A DNA stretch of 64,000 bases from positions 7,948 through 71,947 of the forward strand of contig JAACZQ010000005.1 of the NCBI GenBank assembly GCA_009996675.1. Reading direction: 5' to 3'. This document shows, one piece after another, positions 1 to 9,871 of this stretch. The notes below the pieces were generated by a model. It saw only the letters and a list, made by a program, of their open reading frames with translations, was not told the DNA's origin and made no database searches. A program made the translations under genes and the position numbers. Each line of letters starts with the position of its first letter. The stretch's first letter is position 1. The stretch comes from Chitinophagaceae bacterium. GTDB taxonomy: Bacteria > Bacteroidota > Bacteroidia > Chitinophagales > Chitinophagaceae.

Positions 1-6
1 CTGAAT

Positions 7-726
7 ATGAAACCTGTCCTAAGCCTGGCAACTGCCCTGTTTGTACTGTGTATTACTGCCGTTGCGCAGAACAACACCCTCGAAGTAAGCGTATCGGACA
101 CGGCACTGGTGAAAGCGGATTATTTTGTATTCCGGATACAGGCTTCGCCAGACATGGGTAGTGTTGGTACGGTAGATACTACCGGAATGCGAAGCGATCC
201 CACTGCTTACTATCGCAGACAGCAGGAAAAGCAACGTCAAATGATCATTGAAATGGCTCAGCAGATGGAAAACAAGATCAAAAATCTTGGCTTTACCATT
301 GAGCCCACGTCTCTAGGAGAAATCGGCTACCGCAGTTCAGTTAACAGTTGGTTTAATGCCACTACCAATAGTATTAAATCGGTTCACGATCTGCTCGAGC
401 TAATCAAGACAGAAAGATCTGTAAACATCAATATCCTTCAACTGGCCAGTAAAGAGGAAGATGCAGTGAACGCCTCTTTATTAAAAAAGCTAATGGCCAA
501 AGCCCGTGAGCGTGCCCAGATCATTGCAGCCACCATGGGGAAAAAAGTGCTTGCCGTGGTATCCATGTCCGATCGCAAATCGGATCAGTGGAATGGTATG
601 TATACGAATCCCACCATGTTGCTCAACGCTATACCCATTCGCAAAGATGGTATCGTGGCCGAGCATGGCATCATTCCTTATTATCCCATCAGCAATAGTA
701 TTACTGTTAAGTTTACAGTGCAATAA
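7..726 (+). CDS. SIMPL (DUF541)-like exported protein
   Basis: Signal peptide; N-terminal EVSVSDTALVKAD strand; AKARERAQIIAATMGKKVLAVVSM helix-strand; C-terminal SITVKFTV, as in SIMPL proteins. Confidence 0.65.
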   Translation: MKPVLSLATALFVLCITAVAQNNTLEVSVSDTALVKADYFVFRIQASPDMGSVGTVDTTGMRSDPTAYYRRQQEKQRQMIIEMAQQMENKIKNLGFTIEPTSLGEIGYRSSVNSWFNATTNSIKSVHDLLELIKTERSVNINILQLASKEEDAVNASLLKKLMAKARERAQIIAATMGKKVLAVVSMSDRKSDQWNGMYTNPTMLLNAIPIRKDGIVAEHGIIPYYPISNSITVKFTVQ

Positions 727-748
727 AACAGGTTCCGGTAAAACCGGA

Positions 749-2962
749 TCAGCTCCAGCTGTATCCGTCTTTCTGCAAAGGCAGCCGACGTGGCCTGTTT
801 CCGGCTGCGGCCAATGCATTACACAATGCCGGTGCCAGTGTGGGTAACCCTACTTCCCCGGCTCCACCCGGACTGGCTTCACTGGGAACAACATGTACTT
901 CAATGGCAGGCATTTCATTGTAACGCAAAACACCATAGTTGAAGAATCCATCTTCCACTACTTTGCCATCCTGTATATGGATTTCGCTTTTCAAGGCCTG
1001 ACTCAACGCAAAAACAGTACCCCCTTCCATTTGATTTTTCAATCCATCCGGATCAATAACCAATCCGCAATCAATGGTGGCTACTATTTTTTTAATGATA
1101 AACTGTTTGGGGCCTTTGATCTCTATTTCTACCGCATGTGCCGCATAGGCTTTGGCTGTGGTATAACAATGACAGGCGATTCCGCGGTAAATGTTTTTCG
1201 CAGCGGGTTTATGCCAGCCAATTTTATCAGCAGCCAGCTTTAATACCCCGGCCATTCTTTCCGGATCAATGGTCTCTTTCCAGTTATCATTGAATTTGGC
1301 TTCAAAAGGTTTTCTTCCCTCCAGCATAGATAGCCGGTATTGCAACGGATCTTTTTTGAGCTTACGTGCTACTTCATCAACAAAAGATTCCAGTGGAAAT
1401 ACATTCACCACAAACTCTACTCCACGTACCCAGCCACGGTTAATACTAAAATCAACATTGGAATAACCCGCATATACATTGGGTATATCATACCAAAAAT
1501 CCTGCGAAGCACCGCCCAGGTTTTCACTGAGTTGTTTAGCATCCGGTCTTTGCACCCGGGTGATGGATGTAGTAAGCACATGATGCTGCCAATGCGTAAT
1601 ACGTCCCTGCGCATCCCATTTAGCAGCCAGCCGGTGATGGTTGGCAGGACGAAAAACATCAAAACGAATATCGTCTGTCCGGTCCCAGATAACTTTAACC
1701 GGATGATCCAGCTGTTTGGCCAGCTTCACCGCTTCCAATGCAAAATCGGAGTGCAGGCGTCTGCCAAAACCACCGCCGGATAATGTCAGGTTCACTTTTA
1801 TATCCGATGACTTGATCTGTAATTCCTGTGCTACCAGGCCAACGGTCCAGTCGGGCAGCTGAAGTCCGCCCCACAATTCACACTTGCCGTCTTTTACCTG
1901 TGCCGTAAAGTTCACCGGTTCCAGGGTGGCATGTGCCACAAAAGGTGCACTGTATTCGGCAACCATACTATTGGGGCCCGCGATAATAGTATCTGCCGCA
2001 TTGCCTTTTACCGGTATTGCTTCCGCTGGTTTTTGCTTGGCCCTTGCAGCCATATCTTTTTCCAGCTGTGCTGTATTAACACCTTTTCCCTTCGACTCAT
2101 CCCATACAATTTTCAAGGCCTTACGGGCACGCAGGGCAGCCCAGCTGTTGGTGGCAACCACAGCCACGCCGGCCCGCACATGCATTGGGGCGCCGGTTCC
2201 TTCATACCGGAGCACTTTCACTACACCCGGAATCTTCAGTGCCTCACTGTCATCAACCGATACCAGCTTTCCACCCATCACCGGGCATCGCGCAACGGCG
2301 GCATAAACCATACCCGGCACTTTCACATCTATTCCATACTGCACTTTACCGGTGAGAATATCTTTGAGGTTATTTTTCTTCTGGCCCTTGCCAATAACTT
2401 TAAAATCTTTTACATTTTTCAGCAGCACTTCTTTGGGTACTTCTTCCTTTGCGGCATCACAAACCAGTTCTCCAAAGCTCAGTGATGCTCCTGTTTTATT
2501 GTTCACCACTTTACCCTTCTCTGCGGTACAAACTTCCACACCCGTATTCCAGCGTTTGGCCGCAGCCGCAATCAGCATGGTGCGGGCAGTAGCGCCCGCT
2601 TTACGCATGGGATCAAACAAACCCATTACACTCTGACTGCCACCAGTATCATGCGCACCCTGTCCCAATGAACCATAAGGAGCAATCTCAACTTTAATGG
2701 ATTTCAGATCACATTCCAGCTCTTCCGCTACCAGCATAGGTAATGAAGTATTCACCCCCTGGCCAATCTCCTGTTTGGCTACATATACAATAACTGTATT
2801 GTCTTTATTGATACACAGGTAGGCACTGGGCTTAAAGCTTTCACAATCGGCAGCAGAGCCCGTGGCTTTGGCCCATTCGGGTAATACCAAACCCAGCATC
2901 AATCCACCTCCGGTAAAAGAGCTGAGTTTCAGAAAATGTCGGCGGTTAACGGAGTGCTTCAT
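749..2962 (-). CDS. iorB: Molybdopterin-binding aldehyde/isoquinoline oxidoreductase beta subunit (xanthine dehydrogenase family), Tat-exported
   Basis: Twin-arginine RRHFLK signal; EIGQG, GGGFGRR and GAGEVG Moco-contacting motifs; adjacent to a 2Fe-2S subunit. Confidence 0.88.
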   Translation of the reverse strand: MKHSVNRRHFLKLSSFTGGGLMLGLVLPEWAKATGSAADCESFKPSAYLCINKDNTVIVYVAKQEIGQGVNTSLPMLVAEELECDLKSIKVEIAPYGSLGQGAHDTGGSQSVMGLFDPMRKAGATARTMLIAAAAKRWNTGVEVCTAEKGKVVNNKTGASLSFGELVCDAAKEEVPKEVLLKNVKDFKVIGKGQKKNNLKDILTGKVQYGIDVKVPGMVYAAVARCPVMGGKLVSVDDSEALKIPGVVKVLRYEGTGAPMHVRAGVAVVATNSWAALRARKALKIVWDESKGKGVNTAQLEKDMAARAKQKPAEAIPVKGNAADTIIAGPNSMVAEYSAPFVAHATLEPVNFTAQVKDGKCELWGGLQLPDWTVGLVAQELQIKSSDIKVNLTLSGGGFGRRLHSDFALEAVKLAKQLDHPVKVIWDRTDDIRFDVFRPANHHRLAAKWDAQGRITHWQHHVLTTSITRVQRPDAKQLSENLGGASQDFWYDIPNVYAGYSNVDFSINRGWVRGVEFVVNVFPLESFVDEVARKLKKDPLQYRLSMLEGRKPFEAKFNDNWKETIDPERMAGVLKLAADKIGWHKPAAKNIYRGIACHCYTTAKAYAAHAVEIEIKGPKQFIIKKIVATIDCGLVIDPDGLKNQMEGGTVFALSQALKSEIHIQDGKVVEDGFFNYGVLRYNEMPAIEVHVVPSEASPGGAGEVGLPTLAPALCNALAAAGNRPRRLPLQKDGYSWS

Positions 2963-3041
2963 GAAATGCAGTTTGACTGTTTAATGATGGGAACCGGTGG
3001 AAAATCTTCAAGGGTTTAAAAACGAAATGAGCGCTTGCTGG

Positions 3042-3509
3042 TCAAGGGTTATTTACTTTGGCGACGGCAATATCAATCGCCCTCCTGATACGGTCATAGG
3101 TTCCGCAACGACAGATCACCTGGCTCATCACCGCTTCAATGGTTTCTTTCGATGGTTGTTTATTCCTTTTCAGCATACCGGCAACCGACATGACCTGTCC
3201 GGCCTGGCAATAACCACACTGTGGCACATTCACTTCCTCCCAGGCTTGCTGTACCGGATGCAATAAGGCATCGGAAAGCCCTTCAATAGTGGTAATTTTT
3301 GCACCGGCACAACTCTTAATGGTGGTGGCGCAACTGCGCACGGCTGTTTCATTCAGCAGTACCGTACAGGCGCCGCAACTGGCCACACCACAGCCATACT
3401 TGGTGCCCGTCATATTCAATACATCGCGCAGCACCCATAAAAGCGGCATATCGTCTTCCGCTTCTACGGTAAAAACTTGCTCATTAATGTTGAGTTGGTG
3501 CTTAGGCAT
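3042..3509 (-). CDS. iorA: (2Fe-2S)-binding subunit of aldehyde/isoquinoline oxidoreductase
   Basis: GTKYGCGVASCGACTV and QCGYCQ...CRCG cysteine motifs. Confidence 0.92.
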   Translation of the reverse strand: MPKHQLNINEQVFTVEAEDDMPLLWVLRDVLNMTGTKYGCGVASCGACTVLLNETAVRSCATTIKSCAGAKITTIEGLSDALLHPVQQAWEEVNVPQCGYCQAGQVMSVAGMLKRNKQPSKETIEAVMSQVICRCGTYDRIRRAIDIAVAKVNNP

Positions 3510-3804
3510 ACAATGGTTTTATGGTAAAATACAAATTCTGAGGGAGAATACCGCCTCATTCAGGATGATAATATAAGGTCGTGTATATATAAGTCCAGCC
3601 AAAAAAATGGGAGCAGGCAAGACTACCCGCTCCGTTTACCTTAAAAAGTGAAACCAGAGAAATTGGTCTCGCCGGCAAAATAGATAATAAAATTCATATA
3701 TAAATTACGATTAATGTTAAAGTTTAAAAATATGTGCGGGTATGCGGCCATGCCATGACTAAACACATATAAATAAGAATGGCCTTTAACCCTTGTGCTA
3801 CTGC

Positions 3805-3822
3805 ATACCGTATGGAGGGTAT
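3805..3822. promoter_or_regulatory. Putative LuxR/NarL-type operator ATACC-N8-GGTAT (copy 1)
   Basis: ATACC GTATGGAG GGTAT in the divergent iorA / kinase intergenic region; same motif and spacing at 6326 and 9589. Confidence 0.5.
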
Positions 3823-3919
3823 TTTCGGGCAGATTCCATATTTCAACGCCTGTGAAGGATTTTCAAATTGGTTTTTTTAATAGTTTGCCTGTTACACCAG
3901 CAGGTCAACCAAAATTATT

Positions 3920-5650
3920 TTGATGCAACGCTTCCGGGAATGGGTTCTGATATGGCTATTGATACCTGTATCTATCTATGCACAAACATCAGATCCTGTT
4001 TTACAACGGATAGAAAGTTTGAGTGCCATTAAAGCTGATGCCATAGCTATTGATTCCCTCCAAAAAATGTTTCACCAAAAATCACTTACGGCGGAACAAC
4101 GTCTCATCACGGCCAACAAGCTTGCATTCCGACTGGCAGCAGCCAGCAGGTTTGATGAGGGCTTGCGTTTTTGCCACGAACAAATTACCCTCGCCCGAAT
4201 CAGTAAAGCGGATAGTGCAGAATGTGTGTTTACCAAATTACTCGGCGTCACCTATTATTATATGCAGCAAAGACAGGATGCTCTTTTTTATTTTGAAAAG
4301 GGACTAAAACTGGCTGAACAAAAGGGGTATTATAAAATAGCCTATAGCTGCAGCAGTAATATGGGCGGTCTTCAACTGGATCTGAAGGAATATGCAAAGG
4401 CAGAAAAATCGCTGCAACATGCACTTACACTAATGGAGCGCTATGGCGCCAAACCGGAAGAGCTTTTTATTACAAAAAGATTAATGGCCACGCTTTACGA
4501 TTACCAGGGAAGACGAAAAGAGGCCGCTGCCATTTATGAATCTACCATCCAATCGAGTCTGCAGAACCGCGACAGCTTATCTGCTGCCCATGCCATGACT
4601 TTTTATGCCGATCTGCTTTGGAAACAGCAACAATACCAGAAAGCCATTGCTGTTGGCTGGGGTGCCATTGCATTGGAAAGAAAGGGAAGCAATAAAAATG
4701 CTTTATTGGCCAGCCTTACGATGCAGCGAAAATACCTGATTGGTCAACAAAATTTTCGTGAGCTGGGATCGCTGGATTCAGAAATTATTGATTTGCAGAA
4801 AGCCGTTTTCTCCACTGACCTTAATAAAGAAATCAGTGAAACAGAGGTTAAATACAAAATGGCCGAACTGCTATATCAACAACAGTTGACGGCTTTAACC
4901 GCCAAAAAAAAGCAGCAATTGTTATTGGTAACGCTAATTGGAGCTGCCGCTGTTACTGTGTTAGTGTTTATGGTTGTTAGTCAGCGCAACAGGTCTAAGC
5001 TTCGTGAAAAACTGGAGGCAGAAAAAGCTGCTGCTATTATCCTTGGTGAAGAACAGGAGCGAATGCGAATGGCAGCAGAATTACACGATGGCGTAGGGCA
5101 GATGATGAGTGTAGCCAAAATGAAGTTGTCGGCACTGGAGCAGGAGCTAGCCGGTCAGGATAAAGAAATACTGGAGCGATACCAGGGCGCAATTGGACTG
5201 GTAGATACTAGTTGCGCTGAAATCAGACAGATAGCCCATAACCTTTCTCCCTATTGGGTGATGAAGCTTGGCTTTGACGAAGCACTTAAAAGGTTAACAC
5301 AAAAAGCTGAAGGCACGAATACGCGAATTAATCTGTATGCCGATCCGCTGCCGCCAGCGGCTGACAAAGTAACAACCAGCACCCTGTTTCGCGTTATACA
5401 GGAATGCATCAATAATGCCCTCAAGCATGCAAAAGCCACATCCATTGATGTAGCTGTGAACATAGACGAAAATGGAATCGCCATAACCGTTGAAGATGAC
5501 GGAGTTGGTTTTAACCAGGCTAGTCTTGGCAACCATATAGGTATTGGTATAGAAAATATCAGAAAGCGTATACATTATTTGAATGGGACCGTTGAGTGGG
5601 ACAGTACTCCAGGCAAAGGCACGCTTGTTGCTATTAATGTGCCACTTTAA
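3920..5650 (+). CDS. TPR-containing sensor histidine kinase (HisKA_3/NarX-like)
   Basis: Signal/TM segment, TPR-like helical repeats, one TM, then ERMRMAAELHDGVGQ H-box and QECINNALKHA / DDGVGF / GIGIENI ATPase motifs. Confidence 0.9.
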   Translation: MMQRFREWVLIWLLIPVSIYAQTSDPVLQRIESLSAIKADAIAIDSLQKMFHQKSLTAEQRLITANKLAFRLAAASRFDEGLRFCHEQITLARISKADSAECVFTKLLGVTYYYMQQRQDALFYFEKGLKLAEQKGYYKIAYSCSSNMGGLQLDLKEYAKAEKSLQHALTLMERYGAKPEELFITKRLMATLYDYQGRRKEAAAIYESTIQSSLQNRDSLSAAHAMTFYADLLWKQQQYQKAIAVGWGAIALERKGSNKNALLASLTMQRKYLIGQQNFRELGSLDSEIIDLQKAVFSTDLNKEISETEVKYKMAELLYQQQLTALTAKKKQQLLLVTLIGAAAVTVLVFMVVSQRNRSKLREKLEAEKAAAIILGEEQERMRMAAELHDGVGQMMSVAKMKLSALEQELAGQDKEILERYQGAIGLVDTSCAEIRQIAHNLSPYWVMKLGFDEALKRLTQKAEGTNTRINLYADPLPPAADKVTTSTLFRVIQECINNALKHAKATSIDVAVNIDENGIAITVEDDGVGFNQASLGNHIGIGIENIRKRIHYLNGTVEWDSTPGKGTLVAINVPL

Positions 5651-5662
5651 TAAAGCAAGATC

Positions 5663-6310
5663 ATGTTAGTGAAAAGAAAAATGAAAGTTGCCATTGTAGA
5701 TGATCACCAGATTGTAATTGATGGTATTGTAGCGCTGCTGGAAAACCATCCTGAAATAGAAGTATCCCTGGCCAGCACCTCAGCGTTTTATTTACTGGAC
5801 TGTATGAATCGTATAAAACCAGACATTCTACTGACCGATATTTTTATGCCCGAAATGGATGGGCGATCGCTTTCCAAAAAAATAAGTGAGGAATATCCCC
5901 AAACAAAAATCATTGTATTAAGCATGCAAGGCTCACCGGAATGGGTGAATCAGTTAATCGACGAATCGAATATTGCCGGATATGTGATTAAAAATATAAG
6001 CCGACAGGAATTGATCAAGGCCATTGAAATTGTTTATAACGGTGGAATTTATTTCAGTCATGATATTAGCGAGGCCCTAAAACAGTGGAAACAAAGTTAT
6101 CGCCAGCAGGGAGAAGACCACTTAACGCGTCGCGAAACAGAGATAATCAGACTGATTGAAAAAGAAATGAGCACCAAAGAAATTGCTGCCGCTTTACATA
6201 TCAGTGAAAGAACTGTTGAAACACACAGAAAAAACATTTTCCGAAAAACTCAAACGCATAGCGTTCTGGGGTTGATCAAATATGCATACCAGCATCAGCT
6301 AATTTCCTGA
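5663..6310 (+). CDS. NarL/LuxR-family response regulator (likely start ATG 5681)
   Basis: REC domain (IVDDH, TDIFMPEMDG) plus C-terminal LTRRETEI...STKEIAAALHISERTVETHRKNI LuxR HTH. Confidence 0.93.
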   Translation: MLVKRKMKVAIVDDHQIVIDGIVALLENHPEIEVSLASTSAFYLLDCMNRIKPDILLTDIFMPEMDGRSLSKKISEEYPQTKIIVLSMQGSPEWVNQLIDESNIAGYVIKNISRQELIKAIEIVYNGGIYFSHDISEALKQWKQSYRQQGEDHLTRRETEIIRLIEKEMSTKEIAAALHISERTVETHRKNIFRKTQTHSVLGLIKYAYQHQLIS

Positions 6311-6325
6311 TCAACACTACTAATA

Positions 6326-6343
6326 ATACCCTTATCAGGGTAT
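6326..6343. promoter_or_regulatory. Putative LuxR/NarL-type operator ATACC-N8-GGTAT (copy 2)
   Basis: AATACCCT-TATC-AGGGTATT is a perfect 8-bp inverted repeat just after the regulator and upstream of the 6494 gene. Confidence 0.55.
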
Positions 6344-6493
6344 TGTCTCCATAGTATTTGCAAGGCAGTTTTGCAAGAACAGCTTTCCCACGCATTTGTC
6401 AAGTCGGGGCATGTCTATTATTCCCATATCCCAGGACCAGGCACTTCTACGAGAGCCCTGTAGTTATCCATTAAATTTTAATTCAACCATACC

Positions 6494-7207
6494 ATGACAA
6501 AAAAAGCCTTTCATTTTCCAGCCTTGTTCCTGTTCTTTTCTTTCCTGTATCTGGCCAATCCAATCCAGGCTCAGCGTGCCGGGGTTTCGGTAAAACTGAA
6601 TATGGGGACTTCTTTTTCCAAATCGGGAGATGACCTTGCCAAAGTAACGGTTAATGGGAACAGCCGTACTTTTATTACTACAGAACTGGGTTATGCTTTT
6701 AATTACAATAAGAAAACAGGCTTCGGAATGAAAATTGCCGCAGTTGGGTCTTATGAAAAAGCGCATGTACTTGCGTCCAACCGTCTCTCACAATTGAAGA
6801 TAACCATCCCCGGTATCAGGGCCCGCATCTATCCGCTGCATTATGATGGTAAAATTTTTGATGGCCTGGAAAAAATAATGCCCAAAAAAGTGCCATTCCT
6901 CTTAGACCTTCCCGTGATCGTTGCCGGATACGCTGTGCTTAACAGTTTTCACCTGGATTACGGCGTAGGATTCGGCAGTATCCTTGAAACAGAATATGCT
7001 TATTCTGGTTTTGCAGACCAAACAACTAAGCGAACCATGCGTTATTTTGGTTGGGGCTTTCATCCACCCATGTTCCAGGCGGCTTCAGGTAAATGGAGTG
7101 GAAATGCTGTGTTAGACTTTGGAAAATATTCCTGGACCAACGGTGCCGGTGGAACTTCCTCTGTAAAAGTGAATACACTGGGATTTGGTATCCAATATCA
7201 TTTTTAG
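6494..7207 (+). CDS. Hypothetical outer-membrane beta-barrel protein
   Basis: Signal peptide, alternating beta-strands, C-terminal GFGIQYHF ending in Phe (BAM signal). Confidence 0.6.
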   Translation: MTKKAFHFPALFLFFSFLYLANPIQAQRAGVSVKLNMGTSFSKSGDDLAKVTVNGNSRTFITTELGYAFNYNKKTGFGMKIAAVGSYEKAHVLASNRLSQLKITIPGIRARIYPLHYDGKIFDGLEKIMPKKVPFLLDLPVIVAGYAVLNSFHLDYGVGFGSILETEYAYSGFADQTTKRTMRYFGWGFHPPMFQAASGKWSGNAVLDFGKYSWTNGAGGTSSVKVNTLGFGIQYHF

Positions 7208-7209
7208 TG

Positions 7210-7255
7210 ATAAAGTTTACGGGATACACAAACTAATGCATCCCGTAAACTTTAT
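7210..7255. terminator. Bidirectional terminator between convergent genes
   Basis: Perfect 16-bp inverted repeat ATAAAGTTTACGGGAT / ATCCCGTAAACTTTAT with a 14-nt loop. Confidence 0.75.
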
Positions 7256-7260
7256 TTCAA

Positions 7261-7920
7261 TTACTGTTGTCCCACACGAATGGAAACATAATATTTAACC
7301 GAAACCGGTTTTTGTTGATTGCCGATATCGAAACGTACATCCTGTCGTAGTTGAATATCAATCTGAATCTCTCCCATTTTCTCACTCAGTCCGGGATCCA
7401 TTCCCAATGCCTTGTAAGAAGCTTGTTTTAATACGTCAGACGGCAATAGCGCTTCTTCATCTTCCACCAGATCCAGATTACCGAAATCTAAAACATCAAA
7501 TTTCTTTTTGATTTGTTCAAAGAGTTGCAGATTGGGTTCCCTGGTATCTGTAAAAGCCGAATTGGATACGAATGTTTTATTCTTTTTAATATCTATCAAT
7601 TCCAGATAGCTATTGGTACATCCGGGTATACGTATATCTGTAAAATAACGAACGCCCTTATATGAAGCAGCCTCCTTTTTCTCCATTGCTCCAAGGTTAA
7701 TGGATTTAAAGTCTGTTTCAAAGGCTTTTATAACTTCTTTAAATGCAGCATCGAACGCAAGATTTCTATATGCAATATCTGCAAACAATGGATTAGCTGC
7801 TTTTCGTTTAAGTACAGAAGTAACCAACTCTTTTTTAGTGCCGACTGCGTGAGCTGTTTCTATGCCCGACAAAATGATTCCTGTTGTAGCAAGTGCAAAT
7901 ACAAACGTATTTTTTTTCAT
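7261..7920 (-). CDS. Hypothetical exported protein
   Basis: 219-aa ORF with signal peptide (MKKNTFVFALA...AHA); no family recognised. Confidence 0.65.
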   Translation of the reverse strand: MKKNTFVFALATTGIILSGIETAHAVGTKKELVTSVLKRKAANPLFADIAYRNLAFDAAFKEVIKAFETDFKSINLGAMEKKEAASYKGVRYFTDIRIPGCTNSYLELIDIKKNKTFVSNSAFTDTREPNLQLFEQIKKKFDVLDFGNLDLVEDEEALLPSDVLKQASYKALGMDPGLSEKMGEIQIDIQLRQDVRFDIGNQQKPVSVKYYVSIRVGQQ

Positions 7921-7931
7921 GAGCTGTAGAT

Positions 7932-9542
7932 TTATTTATTATCAAACAATGTAAAGAACACATAAAAACGACCCTTCGCTGTCTCATCTTCCCGAATGGA
8001 CACGCGTATTCGCAAAGAATAGGTATACTTATACGCCAGCTCCTCATCATACTCATAATTATTGTCATATTGAGTAGTTCCGGCTATCTGATATTCGGTC
8101 ATAAAATATCCGATTTTAGTAGCGAGTTCTCCTGTATTTTCACTCTCATAGCCATATGTCACTTTGGGACTTCGCAAGGAGCTAAACCCCTCCATACCCC
8201 AGAAGAAATTGTTTTTGGTGAGTAAATAATACATATCATCGGAATACTGTTTGCACTGGTCATATGTCCAGGCCTTTTCGCCCTGTGGAGTCAGGTAGGA
8301 AGCATAAACAACTTTTTTGCTGGCATGAAGATTTGTTACAACATCGCGATCAAAATCACTTAGCTGATTAGCCCAATATACTTTGCGTACTGTTGCGGTA
8401 CCCGTTTCAACAGGCTGGTTTCCTTTACCGATATTGGCAAATCCATTTAGGTAATCGCGAAGGAGTTCTGCAATTTTACCTTCACGCGAAGATGGCAGCA
8501 GGTATTCAGTATACTTGTTTTTGAATTTTTTAAACTTTGTGCTATCAAACAAATCCCCTTTAAGCATCGGGTGCGATGGTGGCAAATGCACTGTGAATTT
8601 AAAAAACGCATCCCGATTGGGTGCCCAGCTAACTTTTTCTATCAAGTGCCTGTTTTCTGCCTCGGGAATTCGTATATAATAGGTTTTCATAACCTTAAAC
8701 TCATCGGAGTCTAATGTATAAGTATATCCTTTGATCTCACTGTTTATGATATAGGCATTTATTGTTTTCGTTTCTTCCTGAGACAGATAAGCCAATCCTT
8801 CCGGAAGACTCATAGCATATGATGCTGCCATAATCCATTCTACATTCGCGCTGGTATTTTTTGAAATCATCGCAGCGTCGATATACGTCAACCTGCTCGA
8901 AAACAGATCATATCCATCAGATGTTTTATTATATCCACCGTAAGAGTACATGGGATTCTGCTTGGCGTCTAGTACAATTGGCCTGCCTTTTTTAGTATTG
9001 TTAAACTCCCTTACCCAGCGAGCAACATTGGCAGATGATACAGTTGTACTATCGGTATGTCCTGGAATAAAAACATCATAATAATACTTGCTGGGTGCTA
9101 ATACATAAAAAGGCTCTTTAAGTCGATAGGGTTCCGGCATATTTTCATTCAGCTCTGGTACATAAGCTATCAGGGTTTCATTGGATGTGTATACTTTGGG
9201 TACGACAACACCTACTAACTGCGTAAAATATTTTTCATCCTCGGGCTTCACTCCATTTTTGATCCATGCCGGCCATCCATCACGCTTGGATATGTTTCGG
9301 GCTATTTCTTTGGCGAGCCGCTCAGATGCCTGATGGTTCAAGGTAATTTTATCGAGAAACTTTTCATTTTTAACAAGATTATACTCATGGTATTTCGCCA
9401 GGAAAGAAGATGTATTAATATGACACATGGTTAGGGTACTAAACCTGTTTAGGATATCCTGAATGGTTTTGTGCTGGGCGAAAGCAGCAGTATAACAGGC
9501 CAGTGCCAGTAAGAACAGGGAAATACGGAACATCTTTTTCAT
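7932..9542 (-). CDS. Hypothetical exported protein
   Basis: 536-aa ORF with signal peptide (..TAAFAQ); 11 nt from the next gene; no family recognised. Confidence 0.7.
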   Translation of the reverse strand: MKKMFRISLFLLALACYTAAFAQHKTIQDILNRFSTLTMCHINTSSFLAKYHEYNLVKNEKFLDKITLNHQASERLAKEIARNISKRDGWPAWIKNGVKPEDEKYFTQLVGVVVPKVYTSNETLIAYVPELNENMPEPYRLKEPFYVLAPSKYYYDVFIPGHTDSTTVSSANVARWVREFNNTKKGRPIVLDAKQNPMYSYGGYNKTSDGYDLFSSRLTYIDAAMISKNTSANVEWIMAASYAMSLPEGLAYLSQEETKTINAYIINSEIKGYTYTLDSDEFKVMKTYYIRIPEAENRHLIEKVSWAPNRDAFFKFTVHLPPSHPMLKGDLFDSTKFKKFKNKYTEYLLPSSREGKIAELLRDYLNGFANIGKGNQPVETGTATVRKVYWANQLSDFDRDVVTNLHASKKVVYASYLTPQGEKAWTYDQCKQYSDDMYYLLTKNNFFWGMEGFSSLRSPKVTYGYESENTGELATKIGYFMTEYQIAGTTQYDNNYEYDEELAYKYTYSLRIRVSIREDETAKGRFYVFFTLFDNK

Positions 9543-9588
9543 AACATGGGGTAAGCCTGCAATAAAAGCTTTAGCCCCGGCACAGAAA

Positions 9589-9606
9589 ATACCGTGAAGC
9601 GGGTAT
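9589..9606. promoter_or_regulatory. Putative LuxR/NarL-type operator ATACC-N8-GGTAT (copy 3)
   Basis: ATACC GTGAAGCG GGTAT, ~47 nt upstream of the 9542 start on the minus strand. Confidence 0.5.
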
Positions 9607-9871
9607 ATTACTGAGTAATGGCAAGCCCTGCTGGTAAGCAGTTCGGTGAAACTCCCAGCCAGCTGCTTTGCTACACCAATAATTAGGCTAGAAGACCCAC
9701 AGAAAATCCAGATGGCATCTATAAATCAGTCATTTCGGGGGAACCGGGCTGGCAACCCCCTCCGTACTAGAGCATTATCTACAAAAACAGCTAATCATTT
9801 GAAAAGCATTACATGATCCAGTGATTAATTTGCCGCAAATCACTATTTTTGCCGCCCAACCTTAGGGTTGC

